NCBI GenBank assembly: GCA_950097015.1
Contig: CATNEN010000039.1
Span: forward strand, 7,440,001-7,504,000
DNA length: 64,000 nucleotides
Direction: 5' to 3'
Source of the DNA: Macrostomum hystrix
Taxonomy: Eukaryota; Animalia; Platyhelminthes
The position numbers and the translations under genes are program-made. Shown here piece after piece: positions 40,468-55,700 of the stretch (the first letter of the stretch is position 1; the number at the start of each line of letters is the position of its first letter). Below the pieces are notes generated by a model. That model had not been told where the DNA came from, ran no database searches, and saw only the letters and a program-made list of their open reading frames with translations.

Positions 40468-41395
40468 TAACCTACAGTCTAACAGGTTTGTCTAACAGGT
40501 TTACCTACAGTCTAACAGGTTTGTCTAACAGGTTTACCTACAGTCTAACAGCATTACCTACAGTCTAACAGCATTACCTACAGTCTAACAGCATTACCTA
40601 CAGTCTAACAGCATTACCTACAGTCTAACAGCATTACCTACAGTCTAACAGCATTACCTACAGTTTAACAGCATTACCTACAGTCTAACAGCATTACCTA
40701 CAGTTTAACAGCATTACCTACAGTCTAACAGCATTACCTACAGTCTAACAGCATTATACCTACAGTCTAACAGCATTACCTACAGTCTAACAGCATTACC
40801 TACAGTTTAACAGCATTACCTACAGTCTAACAGCATTACCTACAGTTTAACAGCATTACCTACAGTTTAACAGCATTATACCTACAGTCTAACAGCATTA
40901 CCTACAGTCTAACAGCATTACCTACAGTCTAACAGCATTACCTACAGTTTAACAGCATTACCTACAGTCTAACAGCATTATACCTACAGTCTAACAGCAT
41001 TACCTACAGTCTAACAGCATTACCTACAGTCTAACAGCATTACCTACAGTTTAACAGCATTACCTACAGTCTAACAGCATTATACCTACAGTCTAACAGC
41101 ATTACCTACAGTCTAACAGCATTACCTACAGTCTAACAGCATTACCTACAGTTTAACAGCATTACCTACAGTCTAACAGCATTATACCTACAGTCTAACA
41201 GCATTACCTACAGTCTAACAGCATTACCTACAGTCTAACAGCATTACCTACAGTTTAACAGCATTACCTACAGTCTAACAGCATTACCTACAGTCTAACA
41301 ACATTACCTACAGTCTAACAGCATTACCTACAGTCTAACAGCATTACCTACAGTCTAACAGCATTGCCTACAGTCTATCAGCTTTATCTAGAGTC
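40468..41395. repeat. 20-bp minisatellite (CAGTCTAACAGCATTACCTA)n
   Basis: Directly visible. Confidence 0.97.
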
Positions 41396-41714
41396 TAAAA
41401 TATTTTCCTAAATTCTGTCAGGCCTAAGAGCACAAAAAACACCTGCGAAGGAACAGAAGCTTCAGAGACTGAAGGAACTGTATATAACTGAGATTTCGCT
41501 ACATGCAAGTCTCGTATTATATATTACGATTCAATTAACCCAATCAAAGATTTATACTTGTACTTGTGCTACGGTATTCGCTACATGCATGGAGACATGG
41601 AGAATAGATTTATTTTTATAAGTAACAAAACCCGGCTACGTCGACACTATTTTCACACATTTCTATACGCTACTTACGTCTAGCAGCAGCAGCAATCCAA
41701 CATCTGGCCCTGAG

Positions 41715-42647
41715 CCTGAAGTAACAGAAGCTGCATCACCCTGAGACTGAAGGAACAGAAGCTGCATCACTGTGAGACTGAAGGAACAGAAGCTGCATCA
41801 CTCTGAGACTGAAGGAACAGAAGCTGCATCACTGTGAGACTGAAGGAACAGAAGCTGCATCACTCTGAGACTGAAGGAACAGAAGCTGCATCACTGTGAG
41901 ACTGAAGGAACAGAAGCTGCATCACTCTGAGACTGAAGGAACAGAAGCTGCATCACTCTGAGACTGAAGGAACAGAAGCTGCACCACCCTGAGACTGAAG
42001 CAACAGAAGCTGCATCACTGTGAGACTGAAGCAACAGAAGCTGCATCACTCTGAGACTGAAGGAACAGAAGCTGCATCACTGTGAGACTGAAGCAACAGA
42101 AGCTGCATCACTCTGAGACTGAAGGAACAGAAGCTGCATCACTCTGAGACTGAAGGAACAGAAGCTGCATCACTGTGAGACTGAAGGAACAGAAGCTGCA
42201 TCACTGTGAGACTGAAGGAACAGAAGCTGCATCACTCTGAGACTGAAGGTACAGAAGCTGCATCACTGTGAGACTGAAGGAACAGTAGCTGCATCACTCT
42301 GAGACTGAAGGAACAGAAGCTGCATCACTCTGAGACTGAAGGAACAGAAGCTGCATCACTGTGAGACTGAAGGAACAGAAGCTGCATCACTCTGAGACTG
42401 AAGGAACAGAAGCTGCATCACTCTGAGACTGAAGGAACAGAAGCTGCATCACTCTGAGACTGAAGGAACAGAAGCTGCATCACTCTGAGACTGAAGGAAC
42501 AGAAGCTGCATCACTCTGAGACTGAAGGAACAGAAGCTGCATCACTCTGAGACTGAAGGAACAGAAGCTGCATCACTCTGATACTGAAGGAACAGAAGCT
42601 GCATCACTCTGAGACTGAAGGAACAGAAGCTGCATCACTCTGAGACT
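41715..42647. repeat. 31-bp minisatellite (GAGACTGAAGGAACAGAAGCTGCATCACTCT)n
   Basis: Directly visible. Confidence 0.97.
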
Positions 42648-43526
42648 TATTTTCGAAATTTAAATTTGAAAATCACACTTTAACTTGCCATAGCTACACA
42701 CACCTTACTACTATCCAGAATAATTTGATAGAAAAGTCTATTGGATAGAAGGAGAGGAGCATATGCAGTGTGTGACAATGCGCCAACATGGCTACAATAG
42801 CAGTTATGCTTGGCAAAGCAATAATAAATGGTGTCTTGCTGTTAGTGAATTTTTAGATTAGATTTTCCCATCAACCCCAATAAGCCTTAGATTGACAATA
42901 GCCTTAGTTGTCGAGTACAATAATCATTTTAGTAAATTTGGTGACGGACATTGTCGATTGAAATAACCAGGGAATGTTTGGTGGTTTTTAATTAAACGAT
43001 TTGGGTTAATAATTTTGTTTACGTAGCGCAAATACTTACGGTAATAAAAAACAACAGATTTAAACACCCTGTAACCGATACGAAAACTAATATTATAGGC
43101 TGTAGCTTTTTATAAGGATTTTGTGCTTTAAAAAAGTAAAAAGAAAAAAACACCAGATTTGCTGAAACTAAAAGAGATGGCTTTGGGGAGATAGGCGGTC
43201 AAATTAGAGCATTGTCTAGTGCAGAATAAGCAATGGCCAATCAGTATAGAAAAACAACAAGACAAGGAACTGCGCAGCACAACACACAGGAGACACAATA
43301 GCTAGGAGACTAAAGCTTCTACGAAGGAAATAAATCAGAGAATAGTTACTTAGGATGAACTTACTCCAAATAATAATTCTAATAATAGATTTGAAAGGGA
43401 TTAACATTGATTGCAAATAGTTCAGTATAATTAAACCAACTATATATATGCCACAGTCAAACCGTCAGTTTCCCTAACTCTCGATAATTCCGATCGTCCC
43501 TTAGCTACTCAGCGGAGTCCATCCGT

Positions 43527-44774
<1,248 letters not shown>

Positions 44775-46212
44775 TTAACATTTCTTATTGCTGAACACTT
44801 GCTAGTGGAATACTTTTTACAGTAGTTTTTATACCAAAAAGATATTTAGCCTGGTGAGTTTTGTAAAGTGAAAGTAAACATTTGCTAAATTTAGCAATGT
44901 TAGCATAACATTTGGCAAAAATTTGGCATAAAGCGTCGTGATATTTTCCACTTGAAGTAATGAAGTATTCAGAAAGCCTTAGGACTATTTTTATGCTTGG
45001 CATAATTTGGATTAAAATAAAGAATGCATGCCAAATCCTTTCCAACATATGGCCTAAATTATCCAGACTATGGAATTGTCATTGACAATAGGAAGAAGTA
45101 GGCCAAAATTGTGACACACAAGTTGATTCTCAAATAGATTATCAACTTTGTTATTAAATGAAACCTTGTGTTGCTCTGTTTGACTATGAAGTACTTAATG
45201 AAACATTTACACTCTCATAATTTACTATATCAGGACTAAGCTAAGCTAAGGGGAAATGTGTAATATTCTATTATAATTTACACACTTAGCATTCCCTTGC
45301 ATCCAAAACATTGTAATGATTTTTCACTTATGCATCTAGACTTAGTAGTTCAATTCTTTGCAGCAAAAAATAATAATGCTCTAGCAAATAATTTAATAGG
45401 GATATAGTCTAGCAGGGGTATATAAATTTTACAAAATAATTGGATTGAATAAGTTTTTAAATAGGTTTCTTAAAATATAAATATTGAAGTGAATTTTAAT
45501 AATATATAGTAATTAAAGTTGAGTTTTGTGTGGTCATTTTTGTTATCTGTTTTTTTTGTTACAAAATAAAAGATCATAGGCCCCCTATTAATTGGTTTAA
45601 TATGTGCATGCCAGAAAAGCTTGTACAAATCTGTTTGGTGGTGCTCTTTGCAAGTATGAGAATGAGGTCATCAAATCAAATGCTTTATGCAAATTATGTT
45701 ATACATTGTACTCTCTAGCTAACTATCTAGCTACCTAACTTACCCTTCATATTTATGATTTAATAAGTGGTCTCCTATAGTCTGGAAAGTAGACTGTATG
45801 CCAAGCTAGTTTGGTATATATTTGGGTCTTTATACATTTAAACAACTAAATATAGTTGACATACAAACCAGTATACACTTTAGCACAATTTTTGGGAGTA
45901 GGTGTACCAGGAGTAGTTCTTCGTATACAATCAAAGAATTGGAATTTTTGTCTGGCAGGGTGTCAGTGTACTCAAAACAAAGAACATAAAAATCCTTTCA
46001 AATTAGTCAAAGAACTAAAAAGTATACTGATATTCTATCTGCACACTGGCATGTATAGAGGCATGATAGCAAGGTGTTTAATTTATTCTCAGGTTAGTTA
46101 AGGCCAAGTTGACCAACTTATTTGCTCATGAATTACACTTGCCCATAAATAATTCAACTTGTCTGTTGGCAGACTAGATGGTGGGATGAAGAGACCTGAA
46201 CCCACTAGCTTG

Positions 46213-46488
46213 CATGCATACGCAACACCTGGCTGACCTGGCCAGTCGCAAAAACCAATCGACCAAGTGCAAAAAAATCAAAGGGGGGACCAAGGGACAA
46301 AAAAGGAAGGCATGAAGAAAAGGAAAAAGGGGAGAGAAAAAGAGAGCAAATGAGAGCAAAATAATGAGAGCAAGTCATATATAGAGCAATGAAATGAACT
46401 AAGTCGCAAATGAGAGCAAACTAAGTCGTAAATAGAGCAAAAACTAAGTCACATGGCCGGCTAAGATTTGGGAGGTTGCACATGTATG
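46213..46488 (-). mobile_element. hAT-type MITE, duplicate of copy 2
   Basis: Same TIRs and CTAGCTTG TSD; carried by the tandem duplication. Confidence 0.9.
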
Positions 46489-48717
46489 CTAGCTTGTTAC
46501 TAAACTAAAAATGTAATCATAATTGCTAATGCAGTTAATTATTGTACAATACATACAACAAAAGGTATAAAAAAATAAACTTCTTAAAGACAGTAAAATA
46601 CTCTATATACAGTAAACTCTAAACACAAGGCCCTATAGAGTATCTAGCCCCTTACAGTAAAGTATTCTGTATCTATAGGCTAAGAGCTACCATTACCATA
46701 TTATTAGATCTTCTTAGCAAGCTGGCCCTGCAAAAATACAGTTTTGACCAATGTGGACTTTAAACAGAAAAATAAAAACTAAATATACAAAAAAGATATT
46801 TTCTTATTTTCTATTTAAATTTAATGATGCTCTGATTTTAACTAAATCAGTCTATTTATTATGGGTAGCTAAAAACTTGTAAAGTAAACTTCAGGACGAG
46901 GTTCTTAAATGTTAAAGTAAAAAGCCATAACACATGAATTTCTAAGTTATACTGCCATACATGCAATTAGTTTCACATTTGTATCTTCTGCATTCTGTTA
47001 AACTTTAAGCATACAAATACAAGTAAAACGAACAAACTATTTATTTTGTATAATAACTAAGCTTCTTAAAATAACAATAAAATAAAATAACAAATAACAA
47101 AGCATAAAATAACAATAATATATATATAAATTAGCTATGTAGCATGCATATCGAAAAACGTAGTGCAAAGCCGCTGCCTGCCTAGACGAATTAATTGATT
47201 ATGATTTTAATTAATAAAAGAAAATGTGCTTTGTTGAAGGCTTTTAAATATGTGCGATATCACATCATATTTTCTACGTTTTGTAAATCATTTTAACACC
47301 GGAAATAACAAACTCGGAATATAATCAGGCCGTCGAAATTGCTGTGGAGCCTAATCAACTTTCGCATTTTTCTTTGGAGCACTGTAGCATTTTGAAGTAT
47401 AAATCTTGTAGTTAATGATAAGAAACTTGTATTTTTTTGCAAAAATATAATCTATAACTCTATATTCACTAATCAAGCAACTAAACTAGGAGTCGAGTGA
47501 CTGAGACGAGAGTGGATGAGAGGGAATCGACCGAGTAAATTACAACAAAATCTCAAATAAGTTCCTATCAGCTGATCCCAATTCTAATAGTTTATATATT
47601 AACCATAAATTTCTTAGAAACTTTAGAAATTAAGCCTTAGAAAGTAAAAACAATTGGCGCAATTGGTAGTTTGCTGATGATATAAAACAGTAGGTGTCAT
47701 TTCCATTAGTCTTAGGTGCGATGTAAAATATTCATTGGCACATCATATTTTTAACTGTAGCAAATTAATTTTCTATTTTTATGTATAATTGTCTGGTAGT
47801 ACTCCTATAAATCATGATATAATAATGTATGTAGAAGCAGTACACACACAAGTACATATTATGCAAAATATATACATTAACTAGCAAACGGGACGGTAAA
47901 ATGTTAAAACGGAGTTAGAATATTTTCTGTCATTACACAGTTCCTGCTGTTAACTGTATCGAACTTAACGCGCACCCTATAGCAGACGTGGCAACTATAC
48001 TACTGCAGTTGGCCATATAAGTGTAAATAACTCAATTCGTAGTTTTGCTGCAAGCATCATTGTAAAGAATTAGCGACCAGTATATATATGTTTTACTTTT
48101 ACATATATTGGCGCTCACAATTAATGGCGCATCATACAAGCGTATAGACTAAAATTATTATGCTTAATTATCGGGTATTGAGCAGCTGTAGTGCTCAACA
48201 ATTGTCTAACCCCTTCTATCGAGTATTTTTATCTTCTATTAAATAAAAAATTACAAAATAAATAATTTGTGTTGCTCTGCAGGGATTGCTGCTCAGCGAG
48301 CAGCAGCCTGAGTTCTAAAAGAAGCAATTAAATATATTTTTTATATTCTAACAGCGAAGTGCGGAACGGTCCGCATACTCTGTCTGGCGCAAATCTGCGT
48401 TCAGCTATAGTGTGCTCAACACTGCTCAAGATTATCATATACGCCGTGGCTCAAAATGAACGGTGTGTGGGTTGAGTGTAATTCTATTAACAAAAGCCTA
48501 GAATTACGCATAAGCATTGTACTACCCATACATTATATAGACTGTATGCATCTAGATGCTTAAAAAATGGACTCTAAATGACGAATGAACTGACTGCTGT
48601 CACTCAAACTTCAATTATCAGCATGCTGCACTCAGACACTCCATTATTCTACGGGTGTGCATTCAGCAGTTTTGATTTTCGAATTCGGATGCAAATCTAA
48701 TTCCGAATTATTTACAT

Positions 48718-49145
48718 ACTCTCCGAATCCTCTCTGAATCCTCTCTGAATCCTCTCTGAATCCTCTCTGAATCCTCTCTGAATCCTCTCTGAATCCTCTC
48801 TGAATCCTCTCTGAATCCTCTCTGAATCCTCTCTGAATCCTCTCTGAATCCTCTCTGAATCCTCTCTGAATCCTCTCTGAATACTCTCCGAATCCTCTCT
48901 GAATCCTCTCTGAATCCTCTCTGAATACTCTCTGAATCCTCTCTGAATCCTCTCTGAATCCTCTCTGAATCCTCTCTGAATCCTCTCTGAATCCTCTCTG
49001 AATCCCAGATCTTCTCTAAATCCCAGATCTTCTCAAAATCCCAGATCTTCTCAAAATCCCAGATCTTCTCTAAATCCCAGATCTTCTCTAAATCCCAGTT
49101 TCTTTCTAAATCCCTGATCCTCCTTAAATACCAGATCATCTTTAA
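48718..49145. repeat. 11-bp/18-bp arrays, duplicate copy
   Basis: Duplicate of 39508-39935. Confidence 0.95.
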
Positions 49146-49677
49146 ATCCAAGACTTGCCAGTTGTAGAGGATGAGTCATAATACATTCTGATAAAGTTAA
49201 GCAAGTCCCTCCAGCTGTCCGTCATGCAGATCGCAATGTATAATAGAAATACTTCCCAATGCTAGAGACCCACTCATACAAAGCATACAAAGAGTTGGCT
49301 TGTCTCTGGGTAAAAAAATGGCCTCTAAAAGACGCGTCGTCTTATTAGTGAAGCAGGTACACTTCACCAGTCTTAACCGCTCCACTCCACAATTCAAAGT
49401 CGTGTTTAGACTACAACACACAAAACAGCTGCAAAATCAGGTTCAACTTCTGAGCCACACAACACACAATGGAGACAGGAAGCAAAATAATAGAAGGGAT
49501 TTGCTTCATGCCAGCGGTGAGCCCTGCAAAACGTAAACGCTTGTAATCCCGCCCCAGCGAAGAGGTGAATGATTGAATGCCTCACTAAACTCATGATTAA
49601 CTACTCACCTGAACAAACTGGGCTGGTAAATAATAAACGTTGAGCATTTTTAGGTTGTTGCGTCTGCTCTGCAAGGT

Positions 49678-50605
49678 TAACCTACAGTCTAACAGGTTTG
49701 TCTAACAGGTTTACCTACAGTCTAACAGGTTTGTCTAACAGGTTTACCTACAGTCTAACAGCATTACCTACAGTCTAACAGCATTACCTACAGTCTAACA
49801 GCATTACCTACAGTCTAACAGCATTACCTACAGTCTAACAGCATTACCTACAGTCTAACAGCATTACCTACAGTTTAACAGCATTACCTACAGTCTAACA
49901 GCATTACCTACAGTTTAACAGCATTACCTACAGTCTAACAGCATTACCTACAGTCTAACAGCATTATACCTACAGTCTAACAGCATTACCTACAGTCTAA
50001 CAGCATTACCTACAGTTTAACAGCATTACCTACAGTCTAACAGCATTACCTACAGTTTAACAGCATTACCTACAGTTTAACAGCATTATACCTACAGTCT
50101 AACAGCATTACCTACAGTCTAACAGCATTACCTACAGTCTAACAGCATTACCTACAGTTTAACAGCATTACCTACAGTCTAACAGCATTATACCTACAGT
50201 CTAACAGCATTACCTACAGTCTAACAGCATTACCTACAGTCTAACAGCATTACCTACAGTTTAACAGCATTACCTACAGTCTAACAGCATTATACCTACA
50301 GTCTAACAGCATTACCTACAGTCTAACAGCATTACCTACAGTCTAACAGCATTACCTACAGTTTAACAGCATTACCTACAGTCTAACAGCATTATACCTA
50401 CAGTCTAACAGCATTACCTACAGTCTAACAGCATTACCTACAGTCTAACAGCATTACCTACAGTTTAACAGCATTACCTACAGTCTAACAGCATTACCTA
50501 CAGTCTAACAACATTACCTACAGTCTAACAGCATTACCTACAGTCTAACAGCATTACCTACAGTCTAACAGCATTGCCTACAGTCTATCAGCTTTATCTA
50601 GAGTC
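49678..50605. repeat. 20-bp minisatellite, duplicate copy
   Basis: Duplicate of 40468-41395. Confidence 0.97.
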
Positions 50606-50924
50606 TAAAATATTTTCCTAAATTCTGTCAGGCCTAAGAGCACAAAAAACACCTGCGAAGGAACAGAAGCTTCAGAGACTGAAGGAACTGTATATAACTG
50701 AGATTTCGCTACATGCAAGTCTCGTATTATATATTACGATTCAATTAACCCAATCAAAGATTTATACTTGTACTTGTGCTACGGTATTCGCTACATGCAT
50801 GGAGACATGGAGAATAGATTTATTTTTATAAGTAACAAAACCCGGCTACGTCGACACTATTTTCACACATTTCTATACGCTACTTACGTCTAGCAGCAGC
50901 AGCAATCCAACATCTGGCCCTGAG

Positions 50925-51857
50925 CCTGAAGTAACAGAAGCTGCATCACCCTGAGACTGAAGGAACAGAAGCTGCATCACTGTGAGACTGAAGGAACAGA
51001 AGCTGCATCACTCTGAGACTGAAGGAACAGAAGCTGCATCACTGTGAGACTGAAGGAACAGAAGCTGCATCACTCTGAGACTGAAGGAACAGAAGCTGCA
51101 TCACTGTGAGACTGAAGGAACAGAAGCTGCATCACTCTGAGACTGAAGGAACAGAAGCTGCATCACTCTGAGACTGAAGGAACAGAAGCTGCACCACCCT
51201 GAGACTGAAGCAACAGAAGCTGCATCACTGTGAGACTGAAGCAACAGAAGCTGCATCACTCTGAGACTGAAGGAACAGAAGCTGCATCACTGTGAGACTG
51301 AAGCAACAGAAGCTGCATCACTCTGAGACTGAAGGAACAGAAGCTGCATCACTCTGAGACTGAAGGAACAGAAGCTGCATCACTGTGAGACTGAAGGAAC
51401 AGAAGCTGCATCACTGTGAGACTGAAGGAACAGAAGCTGCATCACTCTGAGACTGAAGGTACAGAAGCTGCATCACTGTGAGACTGAAGGAACAGTAGCT
51501 GCATCACTCTGAGACTGAAGGAACAGAAGCTGCATCACTCTGAGACTGAAGGAACAGAAGCTGCATCACTGTGAGACTGAAGGAACAGAAGCTGCATCAC
51601 TCTGAGACTGAAGGAACAGAAGCTGCATCACTCTGAGACTGAAGGAACAGAAGCTGCATCACTCTGAGACTGAAGGAACAGAAGCTGCATCACTCTGAGA
51701 CTGAAGGAACAGAAGCTGCATCACTCTGAGACTGAAGGAACAGAAGCTGCATCACTCTGAGACTGAAGGAACAGAAGCTGCATCACTCTGATACTGAAGG
51801 AACAGAAGCTGCATCACTCTGAGACTGAAGGAACAGAAGCTGCATCACTCTGAGACT
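50925..51857. repeat. 31-bp minisatellite, duplicate copy
   Basis: Duplicate of 41715-42647. Confidence 0.97.
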
Positions 51858-52714
51858 TATTTTCGAAATTTAAATTTGAAAATCACACTTTAACTTGCCA
51901 TAGCTACACACACCTTACTACTATCCAGAATAATTTGATAGAAAAGTCTATTGGATAGAAGGAGAGGAGCATATGCAGTGTGTGACAATGCGCCAACATG
52001 GCTACAATAGCAGTTATGCTTGGCAAAGCAATAATAAATGGTGTCTTGCTGTTCAGGCGCAAAGTTAGTTCAATGGGTTTCGCAATTCTTTTCTTTGAAG
52101 CCGAACACGCTCTCTTTCAGTTCCAGTCAGGGTGTGTGCTGTATGCGTATATACCGCATGCATATTTCATTTTTTTAGCTTTTTAAATAGTTAAGTTTAA
52201 CAACAGGACAATGGCGCGCAAGTTTAAGAAGAAATACTTTGCCAGGTTTGAGTAATAAAAATGATGCTGAGCTTATTTTATAGAAAACAGGCCACGAAAG
52301 ATATGCAGTCGTTTTTGATGGGTTAAGGTGCCAAGCGTTCCTACAGAGATACGTAAGACTTCTGTACACTCAATAATGGATACCCCACAATTCAACTCCA
52401 GTTCACCCGGCCAATAGCAATCGACCTAGCATAGCGGCAGAACCCACCCCAACCTCCGCTAGGCGTGACTCTACTAAGTAAAATAGAGCGCTGTCATACT
52501 GCAAGCCTTCTCACCGGCCTGTTAAACAACAAACAAGTCCAAGCTATCTCAGGCGAGCGAGGAGGGCCCTAAATTTTTGTGGACTTTGCTTCGACTCAAA
52601 CTCAAAGAACTTAATTAGACAATTATAACAGTGTCGTCATGATGACCGAAGGTTAGAAGGCGCCGCATCGAGAAGTCGTTACTCGTGCACAACCGCTTGA
52701 ACCGTTGGATTTCA

Positions 52715-55700
52715 ATGAAGATTCTTCTGTACCTGTTTGCGGTGAGTTTCCTCTGTTATGCAAAGCGGCATCGAGTGGCAAAGCGGTCCAACACGTTTGC
52801 CTCTCGCACCAAGGTCCCCGAGCTCGATTCCGCGGCGAGGTCACATTCATTGGGTGCGGAGAGCAGTCTTGGGGGCTTGTCGTGCAATTTGCGACCGGAG
52901 TATAAGCTCGGGTCTGGAATCAGCGGAATGGGCAGAACTGCCTCCTTGCTGACTGTGGGCCTATTGTCACTAAATTAATGTGCCATTGCCCACAGCCTTC
53001 TTGCAAACAATGTTTACTGTTCAAACTCATCGGTTGTATTTAAGAAGTTCGCTATGAAACTACGATGGGCCACTGCTGCTCAAAGGACCCCGGTAAAGAA
53101 GCACTTATTTACGGTACAACTCACAATTCAATGTATATAATCTGCGACTTATCCAAGAGCCAAGGTATAAAGAAGTTCGACGTAATTTTATTACACCGGT
53201 ATCGTGCACCTCGATGAGTCTTGCCGACACGTCGATAAGCTCAAAAGCCTGATTGAGTTCAGTTCTCAAAGGCAAGCCTTTAGTCTTCACAACACTCATT
53301 GGAGTCTTGATTTTCACTTCATTTGTTTAATTCTCATTCCGAAGCAACCTAGACAGTTCCAAAACAGAACAGAAACATATACACTGATTTGAAATTTCAT
53401 CCATAATGAATACCTTCCACATTATTAATGAACTTTAGCGAAAAACCGAATCTTGGTTTGCTTTTGGATCGGAAGAAGATGATCGTATTCGTAAACTGTT
53501 AAGCTAGAATAGTGCAGTTAATGAGACAAACAACTTGGCAATGTAAGTCATTATTTTTTAGTGAAAAATTTTCTCGCACACTTAGCTAAACAAAAAAAAT
53601 TTACATAATTTCGATTTCAATATCATAATATTATTCCGTTTTTTGGCAAACCAGGCCAGCCTTATTCTATACTCCATGAATCGTTGGCTGTAGCGTCGTC
53701 ATTCAAAACAAACATTCATTTTCGATAAAACTGTTACTGGCTCATTTTTAAGCTGGTTCTAACGGTCCCCTGGGCGCCCATTGATTAATGATGCCATCTG
53801 CAGTTGCTCCAAGAGTCCAATGGGATAATTGCTTCTTTGATCCCAGATCCCTGCACATACGCTGACTGCTATACGGTTTCGCCTATTGCTATTGGTGATA
53901 AAACTAATGCAGTTAATATTAGTATAAGTAATATAATAGATTGAATTCAACCTACTTTCTTGTCGAAAAGCGTAAAGTAGACACCGTTCACTCATTCACT
54001 CATTCACAAGTTTACCCATTCACACATTCACCATTCACTAGTTTACCCATTGACCCATTCACTCGTTCACCATCCACCATTCACCCATTTAACAATCACT
54101 CATTAACTATTCACTAATTCACCATTCACCATTCACCATTCACTCATTCACCATTCACATTTCACTCATTCACTCATTCACCATTCACCATCCACCATTC
54201 ACCCATTTAACATTCACTCATTAACTATTCACTCATTCACCATTCACATTTCACTCATTCACCATTCACTCATTCACCATTCACTCATTCACCATTCACC
54301 ATTCACTCATTCACCATTCACCATTCACTCAGTCACCCATTCAACGTTAACTCATTCACCATTCACCAATTCAACGTTAACTCATTCACCATTCACCCAT
54401 TCAACGTTAACTCATTCACCATTCACCCATTCAACGTTAACTCATTCACCATTCACTCATTCACCATTCACATTTCACTCATTCACTCATTCACGCATTC
54501 ACTCAGTCACCATTCAACTTTCACTCATTCACTAATTTACCCATTCACACATTCACCATTCACACATTCACCATTAACCCATTCACCCATTCAACATTCA
54601 CCCATTCACTCATCCACCATTCACTCATTCCCCATTCACCCATTTAACATTCACTTATTTACCATTCACCCATTCAATCAGTCACCGATTCACTCTTTTA
54701 CTTATAAGATAATTCACCAATTTACTCATTTGCTCAAAAAATAATTCACCCATTCACCATTCACTCATCCACAAAATTAGCAATTTTCTTGATCACTCGC
54801 AAGCTTCTGTAAATCTATGCAACTTTTAGTAATGCATTAAAAAATGTTAAAATAATTATATTTGACGTCGCCTAATTAAGAAAGAATGCACAGAGTAACA
54901 GCAATTGAGCAACAACAGCTGCTCACGAGAATCACCTGCTAGACAGTAATTATTCGAAATAAAAAACAGAATTGAGAATTTTCAACATGCCAGCAAGTGA
55001 CTCAAACTAACTTGGCTTAAAATCTCACATTTGCATTGCCCGTATGTGGAAGCTAAATTGACCAATCAATGACCCAATGGACTGAATCTGTATGACCCAA
55101 TTGACTGAATCTGTATGACCCAATGGACTGAATCTGTATGACCCAATGGACTGAATCTGTATGACCTAATGGACTGAATCTGTATGACCTAATGGACTGA
55201 ATCTGTATGACCTAATGGACTGAATCTGTATGACCCAATGGACTGAATCTATATGACCCAATGGACTGAATCTGTATGACCCGATGGACTGAATCTATAT
55301 GACCCAATGGACTGAATCTGTATGACCCGATGGACTGAATCTGTATGACCCAATGGACTGAATCTGTATGACCCAATGGACTGAATCTGTATGACCTAAT
55401 GGACTGAATCTGTATGACCTAATGGACTGAATCTGTATGACCCAATGGACTGAATCTGTATGACCCAATGGACTGAATCTGTATGACCCAATTGACTGAA
55501 TCTGTATGACCCAATGGACTGAATCTGTATGACCCAATGGACTGAATCTGTATGACCCGATGGACTGAATCTGTATGACCCGATGGACTGAATCTGTATG
55601 ACCCAATGGACTGAATCTGTATGACCCAATGGACTGAATCTGTATGACCCAATTGACTGAATCTGTATGACCCAATGGACTGAATCTGTATGACCCGATG

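Noticed and set aside
41715-42647. 30-34-bp repeat arrays (also 13625-14440, 15130-17047, 59105-59600) resembling CRISPR repeats in length
   Set aside because: Units are contiguous with no unique spacers, there are no cas genes, and the context is eukaryotic.
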